Part shown: in pieces, positions 1 through 10,205 of the stretch
How the letters are laid out: each line of letters begins with the position of its first letter
Numbering within the stretch: position 1 is the stretch's first letter
Assembly (NCBI RefSeq): GCF_016592615.1
Contig: NZ_AP013043.1
Location: 1,050,001-1,082,000 of the forward strand
Reading direction: 5' to 3'
DNA from: Isorropodon fossajaponicum endosymbiont JTNG4
GTDB lineage: Bacteria; Pseudomonadota; Gammaproteobacteria; PS1; Pseudothioglobaceae
Length of the DNA stretch: 32,000 nucleotides
The notes under the pieces: generated by a model
Told to the model about the DNA's origin: nothing
What the model saw: only the letters and a program-made list of their open reading frames with translations
Database searches by the model: none
Translations under genes and position numbers: made by a program

Positions 1-876
1 ACCGTGATTACCTCAACAGGTGACTATGAAAATAATGCACTTATTATCGCCTCAGGTGGGCAGTTTCTTAAGAAGTTGCCTGGTATTGAGCATGCCATTA
101 CGCCGTGTGAGGGGCTGAGTGCTGTTGAGCAGATACGTGATAGAATTCAGGCCATGGATAGTGGCAATATTGCCATTGGTTTTGCGAGCAATCCCAAGGA
201 GCCAAGTGCCATGCGTGGTGGCCCAATGTTTGAGTTTTTGTTTGGCTTGGATACACAATTACGACAAGAAGGTCGGCGCGATAAATTTAATCTGACTTTT
301 TTTACCCCTGCAAAAAAACCAGGTGCTCGCTTAGGTGAAAAGGCAGTTAAGGGTTTATTAAGTGAAATGAAAAAGCGCAATATTAACACGCACCTTGGGC
401 ATAAGATGAAAGCTTTTGAAGATGATAAAGTCATTACTGAAGGTGGTGAGTTTGCCACGGATTTGATTTTGTTTATGCCAGGCATGACAGGAAATCAGTG
501 GTTTGATAACACTGAACTTGAGCGTAGTGAAGGCGGTTTACTTAAAGCGGATAAGCTTTGTCAAGTTCAGGGTGCTGAGAGAGTGTTTGTGGCAGGTGAC
601 TCTGGCTCTTTCTCAGGGCCAGAATGGATGCCAAAGCAAGCACATATGGCAGATTTACAAGCTGCTGCTGCTGCTAAAAATGTGCTAGATGTTCTGGATA
701 ATAAGCCTGCCAGCCATACTTTTAAGATTGAATTGATGTGTATTGTTGATTCAAATAATAAAGGTATGTACATATCACGCACACTCAAAGGCGGATTAAT
801 GCTACCAAATTGTCGTTTGATGCATTATGCCAAGCAGGTTTTTGGTTGGTGGTATTTGCGCCAATATAGAAGCTAA
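1..876 (+). CDS. sqr: Sulfide:quinone oxidoreductase-like FAD-dependent pyridine nucleotide-disulfide oxidoreductase; N-terminus lies upstream of the window
   Basis: The open frame runs from base 1 to the stop at 874-876. Motifs seen: ALIIASGG, VFVAGD, MPKQAHMADLQAAAAAKNV (the PKTG..A..NI region of SQR-type flavoproteins) and a Cys-containing ELMCIVDSNNKG segment. The C-terminus is amphipathic (AKQVFGWWYLRQY), as in monotopic membrane SQRs. Confidence 0.6.
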   Translation, partial: TVITSTGDYENNALIIASGGQFLKKLPGIEHAITPCEGLSAVEQIRDRIQAMDSGNIAIGFASNPKEPSAMRGGPMFEFLFGLDTQLRQEGRRDKFNLTFFTPAKKPGARLGEKAVKGLLSEMKKRNINTHLGHKMKAFEDDKVITEGGEFATDLILFMPGMTGNQWFDNTELERSEGGLLKADKLCQVQGAERVFVAGDSGSFSGPEWMPKQAHMADLQAAAAAKNVLDVLDNKPASHTFKIELMCIVDSNNKGMYISRTLKGGLMLPNCRLMHYAKQVFGWWYLRQYRS

Positions 877-1847
877 ACTGTTTGATAGTAAATGTTTTGT
901 GGATGATTTGCTTGTGCAAAAAAGAACCAACGTTCAGCGATGAGACCGATGTATTGGCTGATTGCGCAGATGAAAAGCAATTCATAGTCATCATTAATCA
1001 TTGCACTGCTTAGTAGGAATAACGGCACAGCAAAAACCATCAATATAAAAATCCATTTGATGCTTTTTAGGAAAATAGCGCTTTTGCCGTGAAAATACTC
1101 GCGTGTATTATACGAGCCACCCATAACGCCCATTGACATTTGTTTAATTTTATCATGACACACACCAATGGCACTTTACAGGGTTGATTTTGGTTTGAGT
1201 TTTGCGTTTCTAACTAGGGAGATAAGACGCATAATAGCAGCAAGTAGGGTAAATATAATTGCCCAGCCTACGAATAATTTAACCAGATTTTCAGCTTGAT
1301 AATGGGCAAAGACAGCAGCAATAGAAAATCCAGAAGCCATGCCGAATAAGGTATAGTTAATCACGGTGAGTGGCGACGCCCATTCTTGAATAAATTTAAT
1401 GCAAGCATAAATCATACCTGTGCAGACAAATAAAACCAGCGATAGTAAGACGCCTATACTGCCCACAACAAGGTTGAGCGTGATTAAAATTTTGTCGTTA
1501 ATACCAAATAGCACAGTGTCAATATTTAGATAGTGAATGAGTCCATAAACAAAGATGACACCCATCACACTTGGCAGTGCGATAACTTCTCTGGAAAGCC
1601 AAGAAGTTCGCCACATGGCAGCACTACGCCAAGCTCGCTCAGGATGACCTAGATGGAAAATTGATGCTATCAGTCCTAATAATAAACCCAGTGCAATCAA
1701 TGCACCTAGACCATAAAATTGGATTGGATCATTAATGGGGACAATTTCAACGACTGAATAGGTTTGTGCGGTCATGAGTGCCATGAACAGCCCTTGTCCA
1801 GCGCCAATAAGTGTTGTTAGAAAAATAACTGAAAATGCTGGGTGCAT
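873..1847 (-). pseudogene. DmsC/SoeC-type membrane anchor subunit of a molybdoenzyme (DMSO reductase family), interrupted by one in-frame TAA
   Basis: ORFs 1176-1847 (223 aa, multi-TM, starts MHPAFSVIFLTTLIGAGQG) and 873-1163 (96 aa, contains ERWFFFAQANHPQNIYYQ, typical of the DmsC-family C-terminus) are in the same frame. They are separated only by a TAA at 1176-1178 plus 4 sense codons. Joined length is about 324 aa, normal for this family. It sits directly downstream of the Fe-S subunit. Confidence 0.7.
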
Positions 1848-1856
1848 AAAATCTCC

Positions 1857-2398
1857 TTACCAACTGGTGACATCATCAAGTGATGGTGCGTTTTTATCAA
1901 TGTTAAAGTGTTCTTTTTTAAGTGGGTTGTCAGACCTTTCAAGCTTATCTTGGTGGCTGGTGAATTTTGATTTGCGTCGTGGTAAGTAATGATTGACTGG
2001 CTTGGTGTCCCATTCTGGCATCAGTTGATAGCCACCCTCTTTACGGATGATTTGTGACACTTCAGAGGTGTCATCATGCACATCACCAAAAAGCCTTGCA
2101 CCTGTTGGGCAGACTAGTACACAAGAAGGTTTACGCCTATCTTCTGGTAATGATTCATCATAAATTCTATCCACACACAACGTACATTTTTTCATTACTT
2201 TTTGTTGCTCGTCTAGTTCGCGTGCACCGTATGGACATACCCAAGAGCAATACTTACAACCAATGCATTTGTCATAATCCACCAAAACAATGCCATCTTC
2301 TTTGCGCTTGTAACTTGCTCCTGTTGGGCAAACGGGTACGCATGGCGGATCTTCACAATGAAGGCATGATTTAGGGAAATGTAGGGTTTCGGTGAGTG
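1857..2398 (-). pseudogene. DmsB/SoeB-type 4Fe-4S ferredoxin subunit, 5'-truncated by IS3-family insertion
   Basis: Three Cys clusters are present: CLHCEDPPCVPVCP, CIGCKYCSWVCP and CTLCVDRI...CVLVCP. The N-terminal cluster (about 55-60 aa) is missing. The apparent start MCPSRLEHC.. of ORF 1857-2426 is encoded by the IS terminal repeat, not by the gene. No catalytic (SoeA/DmsA-like) gene is present upstream. Confidence 0.75.
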
Positions 2399-2427
2399 TG
2401 CAATGCTCTAACCTACTTGGACACATT

Positions 2428-3157
<730 letters not shown>

Positions 3158-3282
3158 AGCGTTGGTGTTGTTGTTTACTCGCTTATCTTTGACTTGATAG
3201 TAATAACTACTGCGAGGAAGTTTGAGTAATGCTCATAATTCTTTAGTATTGTATTGTTGGCAAGCCTTGTTTATCTTGATAA

Positions 3283-3634
3283 TCATATCACTTGGTGATT
3301 GTCCACAGCGAACAAGGCTGTTGCCTTTTTTAAGATTTCATTGTCCCTTTGTGCGCGCCAAAGTTGTTTCTCAAGCAGTTGTATTGTTTGTTGTTCAGAA
3401 GTCAGCGCTTTGCCTGACTCTGGTGTTTGTCCACCAAGCTCTGCTAGGTATTGTTTTCTCCATCTGCTAACTGCTGAGGAGCAAGCTCCTGATATTATCA
3501 TGATTTTTTTTATTGGTGTAATTCTCATGCACCATGAGTTTGGCATAATCTAGTGTTCCCCCCTCAAGGGGGTATTGAACAGAATGTTCAACGGTAAAAG
3601 TCACTCGTTGTTTTCTTGATTTATATTGTGTCAT
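3283..3634 (-). CDS. IS3-family transposase OrfA (HTH plus leucine-zipper region), frame broken at a T8/A8 run
   Basis: A strong SD (AAGGAGG) precedes the ATG at 3632-3634. That frame ends after 55 codons. The HTH/zipper part (SAVSRWRKQY...LEKQLWRAQRDNEILKKA) continues in the 87-aa ORF 3283-3546. The two join in one frame if the A8 run (3504-3511) were A7. Confidence 0.75.
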
Positions 3635-3699
3635 TACTGACCTCCTTATGGTTTGTATTATAAGGCTATCTTTGTGTCCAATAAAATTAGACTATTGCA

Positions 3700-3916
3700 G
3701 TATGGCAATTTAACAAATAACTCCGATGCACCGTTTTTAGAACAAGCCGTCAAAGTTGATGGCATTCACAAAGACAGCGCTAAATATTTGTCTAAACTTA
3801 GTGTTGATATTTGGAAAGAAGTTTATAAAAAAATCATTGATGAGGTGCAGCCCATTTCTGATAAAGAGGGCGGAAAACATAAAATAACCTTTGATGTTTA
3901 CTGTTATTACGAGTAA
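3700..3916 (+). other. Possible 3' remnant of an unknown gene truncated by IS copy A
   Basis: ORF 3653-3916 starts inside the IS end. Only the part from 3700 is non-IS (..NSDAPFLEQAVKVDGIHKDSAKYLSKLSVDIWKEVYKKIIDEVQPISDKEGGKHKITFDVYCYYE). I recognise no family. Confidence 0.2.
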
Positions 3917-3978
3917 TATACCTTTAAAATTAAGTATGATAGGAGAGGTAAGTAAAAAAACAACAATAGGAAAAGATA

Positions 3979-6900
3979 ATGAAAACTAACAGCACAAAAA
4001 CAACGGCACAATTAAAAGCATTGCAAACTCAAGCACAAGCTCTTTCCCAAACGCTAAGTAAAGAAGTTGTTATTGTCACCAAAGGTGAGCAGCACATTAA
4101 GGTCATGCCAGGTCGTGCCTATGAGCTAAGCATCGAAGGTGGTAAAGACTTTGACCTAATTGCCAAAAAAGTAGGCGATGATTTGGAAGTGCTGTTACCT
4201 AATGATACCACTATTGTGTTTGATGGATATTTTGAAGTGTGCACAAGTGATTCGTCTTATTTGGTATCTTTACCAAGCGAAGGCGGCATTTATCATGTTG
4301 TTGAAGGTAATTCTATCACGCTTGCTGATGGCTCACAAATCATTCATTTTTATGGCGATGAGTCCGCATTATCAGCCATCGCTACTCATCAATCTGCGTT
4401 GTTTGCTGAAAGTTTTAACGACGTTTACCTTCTTACTGGTATGTTTTCATCTTTAAGTATAGGTAGTGGTGAAGTATTAGGTGGCTTGGCAGCAGTTGGC
4501 TTGGCAGGTGCAGGTGGTGGTGGCATTTCTTCTTTGGAGGGCGTCCTTCAGATGGTCGCTAGTGCAGGTAAGTTTATTGAAGATAATGGCGGATTTATTG
4601 AATTGTACAAATACATCAATGGAGAGTTGGTCCTTTTCAAGAGTGCGAGTCTTGATAGCTCAGGTGAGTACGATTTTTCTATTGGTGATTATAAGGGTAT
4701 TATTGTTGCCAAATTAATTGATAAAAATGGTGACGAAGCCGACTTTAGAGACGAGGCAACAGGCGCCAAGACTGACATAACAGCTACATTATTAGCAGTT
4801 ATTGACACCTCTCAAGGTGGCAATATTGCCGCTAATATTACACCATTAACAACCATAGCTGCACTTGTAATGGGTCTGACCGTTTCTGGTGAGTTACCTA
4901 CAGGGGCAACACTTGAGACAAGCGCTATTAATGATGCTAATAAAGGCGTAGCCAAGGCCTTTGGTTTAGGCGATGATACTGACGTAGTCACCACTAAAGT
5001 ACAAACAGTAACAACACAAGATGGCGAAACCTCTACTTCCAATGCTTATGGTAATGCTTTAGCAGCATTATCTGGTGTAGATTCAAGCAAAAACTCAGGC
5101 AATATGGCTGCAACTATTGCGCAGTTTAAAGAAGAGTTAACAGGTACAGGTGCTGATTTAAAACTAACCGAAGATGGTCAACAAGATTTGCTTGATGGCG
5201 CCTCTAAAGCCGAAACAAGCAACAGCAAGATTGCCTCAGGATTAACCGACATCATTAAGAGTACTGATGCTATTGATAGTACTACTGAGACTACGATTAC
5301 GTTAGGTTTTGAAGATACAGGCACTAGTGCAACAGATGATATTGTTCAGGCTGTCGATGCTGATGGTAACCCGACTGCTGGCACTGCCGCTACTGGCAAT
5401 ATAAGAATTAATGTTGTTGGTGTAGAGTCAGATTGGGTTTACTCAATTAATGCTGGTGTAAATTGGTCTCTAGGCACTGGCACTGGCTTTAATTTAGCTG
5501 AAAAAGCAACTGCTTACAACAAAGCAGACATTATGGTTCGAAATGGTACAGGCTATCTTTTTGTCCCTGGCAATCCTAATGCTATAGCATTAGACACCGC
5601 AGGTACAATTTCTGTTGATGGAGAAACGCCTGATGGAGCCACCTCAACAGCACTAAGCTCGTCTAATTCATCTAGTGCCTCAGTGATAGATGTAGCAGGA
5701 ATGGACGACGACAGTACTTGGCAGTATTCTACTGAAAATGGAGCCAACGGCACTTGGAAAGTAGGTGTGGGTTCTAGTTTTTCTTTGGCTGCTAATACTG
5801 TCTATGCAACAAATCAAATACATGTTAAAGAAATAGATGCTGCAGGCAATGAGTCTACAATACTTAAAAATACAGCAGAAATTACAGGATCAAGTTTAGC
5901 ATTGAGTCTTAACAGCGATACAGGTAGTGATATACTTGATGGCAAAACAAACGATGCCACTATTAATGTAATTATTGGCTCTAACGTTACTTGGGAATAT
6001 ACAATTAATGGCAGCACAAGTTGGAATCCAGGTGGCACAGGCAATGGTAGTTTTGAATTATTAACTCCAGAACAAGAAACAGGTGATATTTTACTAAGCA
6101 AAATCAAGGTTAAAGTAGTAGGTCAAGATGTTTTAAGTGCCGTTACTCTTTCCCACCATCTTGTGTCATCAATAGATGTATCAACCGCTACTGCCGATGC
6201 TACATTAACACTTGCATCTGCTGGTGATAACATTACCAGCAATAAAGTAATTAATGTAACTGGTGGCGGTACTTGGGAGTACTCTACTGATGGTGGTGAA
6301 AATTGGAGAGCAGGCTCAGGCTCATCATTTGAACTATCAAGTCAATCTTACGCGCAAGATCAAGTGCAGGTTAAACAAGTAGATGTGCATGGTAACTATT
6401 CCGAGCCCACTCTATTCAATGCAATAACCATTGACTATATAGCCCCGACTGTCACCTCATTCACCTCAAGCACAGTTGGTGGCTCTTATGGTGTAGGTAG
6501 CAAGATTAATATTACTGCCACAGTGAGTGAAGAAATTAAAGCTGGCGGTCAAATTACCGTTACATTGGAAACTGGTTCAACAGACAGAATAGTTGTTTTA
6601 ACAGCAGGCGTAGATGGTATATTAACAGGTATTTACACTGTTAAAAGTGGCGATACTAGTGGTGATTTAACTGTTGTAAGTTTTACAATTGGCGCAGGTG
6701 CTCAAGCACCAACAGACGCTGCAGGTAATGCAATAACTGCAGATACAGTACCTTCTAGTAGAAATATCGCAGATTCTAAAGCGATTGTTATTGATACAAC
6801 AGCACCAACTGCAACATTGAGTAGCAATATTGCACCTACTTCAGATTTAACCATGACATTTTCAGAAACAGTCACTGCAGTTAGTGGCAAGAAGATTACG

Positions 6901-8343
6901 CTTTATAAGAGTGATGGCACTCAAATTGAGCAGTTTGACGCGGCTGATACATCTAAAGTAACATTTAGTGGTAATACAGTAAGTATCAATCCAGCAAGTA
7001 ATTTAGACGCAAATGCTAACTACTATGTCCAAATAGACGCAGGTGCTTTCAAAGATACAGTTGGTAATGATTATGCAGGCATTAGTAATACAAGCTCTTG
7101 GAGCTTTACTGCTGCAGCACTCACAACAGATGCTGTTTGGGCTAATAGTTCAACTGATGTTGCAAGTAATGGTATTAATGCTAATGAACTAAGCAGTTTA
7201 TCTATTACAGGTACACTTTCAAATTTAAACGATGTAGCTTCTGGCGTTACAATTTCTAGTATTGTTTTCAAAGCAGCAAGTGGAAGTGCAAATAATGTTT
7301 CTTATACTGGCACAATGCCAACATTGTCTGGTGATTCTAATGGAGCAACTTGGACTTTATCTAATGCAAATATGCCAACTTTGGTAAGCGGAGAAAGCTA
7401 TACGATTGAGATAGGTTTGGCTACTAGTGGTAGCGTTACAGGTACTGGCGGTAGTAGTGTGCTACTAACAGTTGATACAACAGCACCAACTGTTAGTAGC
7501 ACAACAATTAGTGCAACTGATAGTTCAAATACTGCTAAGACAAGCACACTTGTTGCGGGTGATAAGGTTGTTGTGACTGTTGCGATGAGTGAGGCTACTA
7601 CGGTTACGGGTACGCCGACTTATACGATTGATGTTGGTGGCGTTAATAAGACTGCTAGTTATGTATCAGGTTCTGGTACCAGTAGTTTGAAGTTTAGCTA
7701 CACCATTGCCACTGGTGATACGGATACTGCGGGTGGTATTACTTCAGGTACGGGTGCCCTAGTTTTAGCTGGTGGCACATTAAAGGATGGCGCAGGCAAT
7801 GCTGCGGCTTTAACTACGGCAGTTGCAGCTAGTAATACATTAGCTGTTGATACGGTTGCACCAACTGTTAGTAGCACAACAATTAGTGCAACTGATAGTT
7901 CAAATACTGCTAAGACAAGCACACTTGTTGCGGGTGATAAGGTTGTTGTGACTGTTGCGATGAGTGAGGCTACTACGGTTACGGGTACGCCGACTTATAC
8001 GATTGATGTTGGTGGCGTTAATAAGACTGCTAGTTATGTAACAGGTTCTGGTACCAGTAGTTTGAAGTTTAGCTACACCATTGCCACTGGTGATACGGAT
8101 ACTGCGGGTGGTATTACTTCAGGTACGGGTGCCCTAGTTTTAGCTGGTGGCACATTAAAGGATGGCGCAGGCAGTGCTGCGGCTTTAACTACGGCAGTTG
8201 CAGCTAGTAATACATTAGCTGTTGATACGGTTGCACCAACTGTTAGTAGCACAACAATTAGTGCAACTGATAGTTCAAATACTGCTAAGACAAGCACACT
8301 TGTTGCGGGTGATAAGGTTGTTGTGACTGTTGTCGATGAGTGA
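3979..8343 (+). CDS. Giant T1SS repeat adhesin (BapA/LapA-like), N-terminal 1454-aa portion up to a premature TGA caused by a frameshift
   Basis: An AGGA RBS lies 7 nt upstream of the ATG. The N-terminus (VVIVTKGEQHIKV..AKKVGDDLEVLLPNDTTIVFDGYF) resembles the BapA-prefix / retention-module type. It is followed by Ig-like modules with DTGxSxxDxxTN motifs, a Big_5-like module and 125-aa repeats. It ends VVVTVVDE* where sister repeats read VVVTVAMSEATT. Confidence 0.85.
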   Translation: MKTNSTKTTAQLKALQTQAQALSQTLSKEVVIVTKGEQHIKVMPGRAYELSIEGGKDFDLIAKKVGDDLEVLLPNDTTIVFDGYFEVCTSDSSYLVSLPSEGGIYHVVEGNSITLADGSQIIHFYGDESALSAIATHQSALFAESFNDVYLLTGMFSSLSIGSGEVLGGLAAVGLAGAGGGGISSLEGVLQMVASAGKFIEDNGGFIELYKYINGELVLFKSASLDSSGEYDFSIGDYKGIIVAKLIDKNGDEADFRDEATGAKTDITATLLAVIDTSQGGNIAANITPLTTIAALVMGLTVSGELPTGATLETSAINDANKGVAKAFGLGDDTDVVTTKVQTVTTQDGETSTSNAYGNALAALSGVDSSKNSGNMAATIAQFKEELTGTGADLKLTEDGQQDLLDGASKAETSNSKIASGLTDIIKSTDAIDSTTETTITLGFEDTGTSATDDIVQAVDADGNPTAGTAATGNIRINVVGVESDWVYSINAGVNWSLGTGTGFNLAEKATAYNKADIMVRNGTGYLFVPGNPNAIALDTAGTISVDGETPDGATSTALSSSNSSSASVIDVAGMDDDSTWQYSTENGANGTWKVGVGSSFSLAANTVYATNQIHVKEIDAAGNESTILKNTAEITGSSLALSLNSDTGSDILDGKTNDATINVIIGSNVTWEYTINGSTSWNPGGTGNGSFELLTPEQETGDILLSKIKVKVVGQDVLSAVTLSHHLVSSIDVSTATADATLTLASAGDNITSNKVINVTGGGTWEYSTDGGENWRAGSGSSFELSSQSYAQDQVQVKQVDVHGNYSEPTLFNAITIDYIAPTVTSFTSSTVGGSYGVGSKINITATVSEEIKAGGQITVTLETGSTDRIVVLTAGVDGILTGIYTVKSGDTSGDLTVVSFTIGAGAQAPTDAAGNAITADTVPSSRNIADSKAIVIDTTAPTATLSSNIAPTSDLTMTFSETVTAVSGKKITLYKSDGTQIEQFDAADTSKVTFSGNTVSINPASNLDANANYYVQIDAGAFKDTVGNDYAGISNTSSWSFTAAALTTDAVWANSSTDVASNGINANELSSLSITGTLSNLNDVASGVTISSIVFKAASGSANNVSYTGTMPTLSGDSNGATWTLSNANMPTLVSGESYTIEIGLATSGSVTGTGGSSVLLTVDTTAPTVSSTTISATDSSNTAKTSTLVAGDKVVVTVAMSEATTVTGTPTYTIDVGGVNKTASYVSGSGTSSLKFSYTIATGDTDTAGGITSGTGALVLAGGTLKDGAGNAAALTTAVAASNTLAVDTVAPTVSSTTISATDSSNTAKTSTLVAGDKVVVTVAMSEATTVTGTPTYTIDVGGVNKTASYVTGSGTSSLKFSYTIATGDTDTAGGITSGTGALVLAGGTLKDGAGSAAALTTAVAASNTLAVDTVAPTVSSTTISATDSSNTAKTSTLVAGDKVVVTVVDE
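4051..4278 (+). other. BapA-prefix / adhesin retention-module-like N-terminal domain (within adhesin)
   Basis: Pattern KGEQHIKVMPGRAYEL...DLIAKKVGDDLEVLLPNDTTIVFDGYF, resembling the conserved N-terminal region of giant T1SS adhesins. Recognised by eye only. Confidence 0.45.
6798..7117 (+). other. Big_5 (SbsA-type) bacterial Ig-like domain, copy 1 (within adhesin)
   Basis: TMTFSETVTAVSGKKITLYK...VSINPASNLDANANYYVQIDAGAFKDTVGNDYAGISNTSSWSFT. Confidence 0.55.
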
Positions 8344-10205
8344 GGTCTACTACGGTTACGGGTACGCCGACTTATACGATTGATGTTGGTGGCGGTAGTA
8401 AGACTGCTAGTTATGTATCAGGTTCTGGTACCAGTAGTTTGAAGTTTAGCTACACCATTGCCACTGGTGATACGGATACTGCGGGTGGTATTACTTCAGG
8501 TACGGGTGCCCTAGTTTTAGCTGGTGGCACATTAAAGGATGGCGCAGGCAATGCTGCGGCTTTAACTACGGCAGTTGCAGCTAGTAATACATTAGCTGTT
8601 GATACGGTTGCGCCAGACGCAGTAGACCTAAATCCTGCTGGCGCAATAAACGCTACCAGTGCGGTAACTGTTAACAAAGCAAATATAGCAGCTGGTGTAG
8701 CTTTTGATGCAGATATTGCGACACCTAGTGCAGGAGATATAGCAAAAATTACAGTGACACTTGGCAATATTCAAACTGGTGATAATTTATTACTAGATGC
8801 AGATCGAGCGCTTAGTAGTAGTTTTAATGAAACTACCAGTGTAACACTTGGCATAGCTAACGTTAATTACACTTATGCTTCTAATGTGTTAACCGTTACT
8901 AAACATGGTGGTGGTAGCTTTAGTGCTGCTGAAGTGGAAAGTATTGTTGAAGCTATCAAGTTGAAAAACACCAATTCTGCTCCGGGTGATGTTGATCGCA
9001 CAGCAGCCTTTGCTTATGTTGATGCTGCAGGAAATACGGGAACCTCTGCAGTTGCAACCATGACTGTCGTTGCAACTGCACCAACTGTTAGTAGCACAAC
9101 AATTAGTGCAACTGATAGTTCAAATACTGCTAAGACAAGCACACTTGTTGCGGGTGATAAGGTTGTTGTGACTGTTGCGATGAGTGAGGCTACTACGGTT
9201 ACGGGTACGCCGACTTATACGATTGATGTTGGTGGCGTTAGTAAGACTGCTAGTTATGTATCAGGTTCTGGTACCAGTAGTTTGAAGTTTAGCTACACCA
9301 TTGCCACTGGTGATACGGATACTGCGGGTGGTATTACTTCAGGTACGGGTGCCCTAGTTTTAGCTGGTGGCACATTAAAGGATGGCGCAGGCAATGCTGC
9401 GGCTTTAACTACGGCAGTTGCAGCTAGTAATACATTAGCTGTTGATACAACAGCACCAACTGTTAGTAGCACAACAATTAGTGCAACTGATAGTTCAAAT
9501 ACTGCTAAGACAAGCACACTTGTTGCGGGTGATAAGGTTGTTGTGACTGTTGCGATGAGTGAGGCTACTACGGTTACGGGTACGCCGACTTATACGATTG
9601 ATGTTGGTGGCGGCGTTAGTAAGACTGCTAGTTATGTATCAGGTTCTGGTACCAGTAGTTTGAAGTTTAGCTACACCATTGCCACTGGTGATACGGATAC
9701 TGCGGGTGGTATTACTTCAGGTACGGGTGCCCTAGTTTTAGCTGGTGGCACATTAAAGGATGGCGCAGGCAATGCTGCGGCTTTAACTACGGCAGTTGCA
9801 GCTAGTAATACATTAGCTGTTGATACAACAGCACCAACTGTTAGTAGCACAACAATTAGTGCAACTGATAGTTCAAATACTGCTAAGACAAGCACACTTG
9901 TTGCGGGTGATAAGGTTGTTGTGACTGTTGCGATGAGTGAGGCTACTACGGTTACGGGTACGCCGACTTATACGATTGATGTTGGTGGCGTTAGTAAGAC
10001 TGCTAGTTATGTATCAGGTTCTGGTACCAGTAGTTTGAAGTTTAGCTACACCATTGCCACTGGTGATACGGATACTGCGGGTGGTATTACTTCAGGTACG
10101 GGTGCCCTAGTTTTAGCTGGTGGCACATTAAAGGATGGCGCAGGCAATGCTGCGGCTTTAACTACGGCAGTTGCAGCTAGTAATACATTAGCTGTTGATA
10201 CGGTT
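7483..10205 (+). repeat. Six near-identical 375-bp (125-aa) coding tandem repeats, in two blocks of three split by a 468-bp module
   Basis: Units lie at 7483-7857, 7858-8232, 8233-8609 (377 bp, holds the two T insertions), 9078-9452, 9453-9830 (378 bp, one extra Gly codon) and 9831-10205. The unit is APTVSSTTISATDSSNTAKTSTLVAGDKVVVTVAMSEATTVTGTPTYTIDVGGV(N/S)KTASYVSGSGTSSLKFSYTIATGDTDTAGGITSGTGALVLAGGTLKDGAGNAAALTTAVAASNTLAVDT(V/T). Only a handful of substitutions separate units. Identical antisense shadow ORFs recur at 375/378-bp offsets in the ORF track. Confidence 0.95.

Noticed and set aside
2399-2426. Apparent ATG start (MCPSRLEHC..) of the Fe-S subunit ORF
   Set aside because: These codons are the IS3 terminal inverted repeat read through. 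The same sequence occurs at 16757-16791 next to an unrelated flank.
3653-3699. Start of ORF 3653-3916
   Set aside because: The first 16 codons lie within the IS3 IRL region (identical at 15485-15531 in reverse), so the ORF as called is a chimera of IS and flank.
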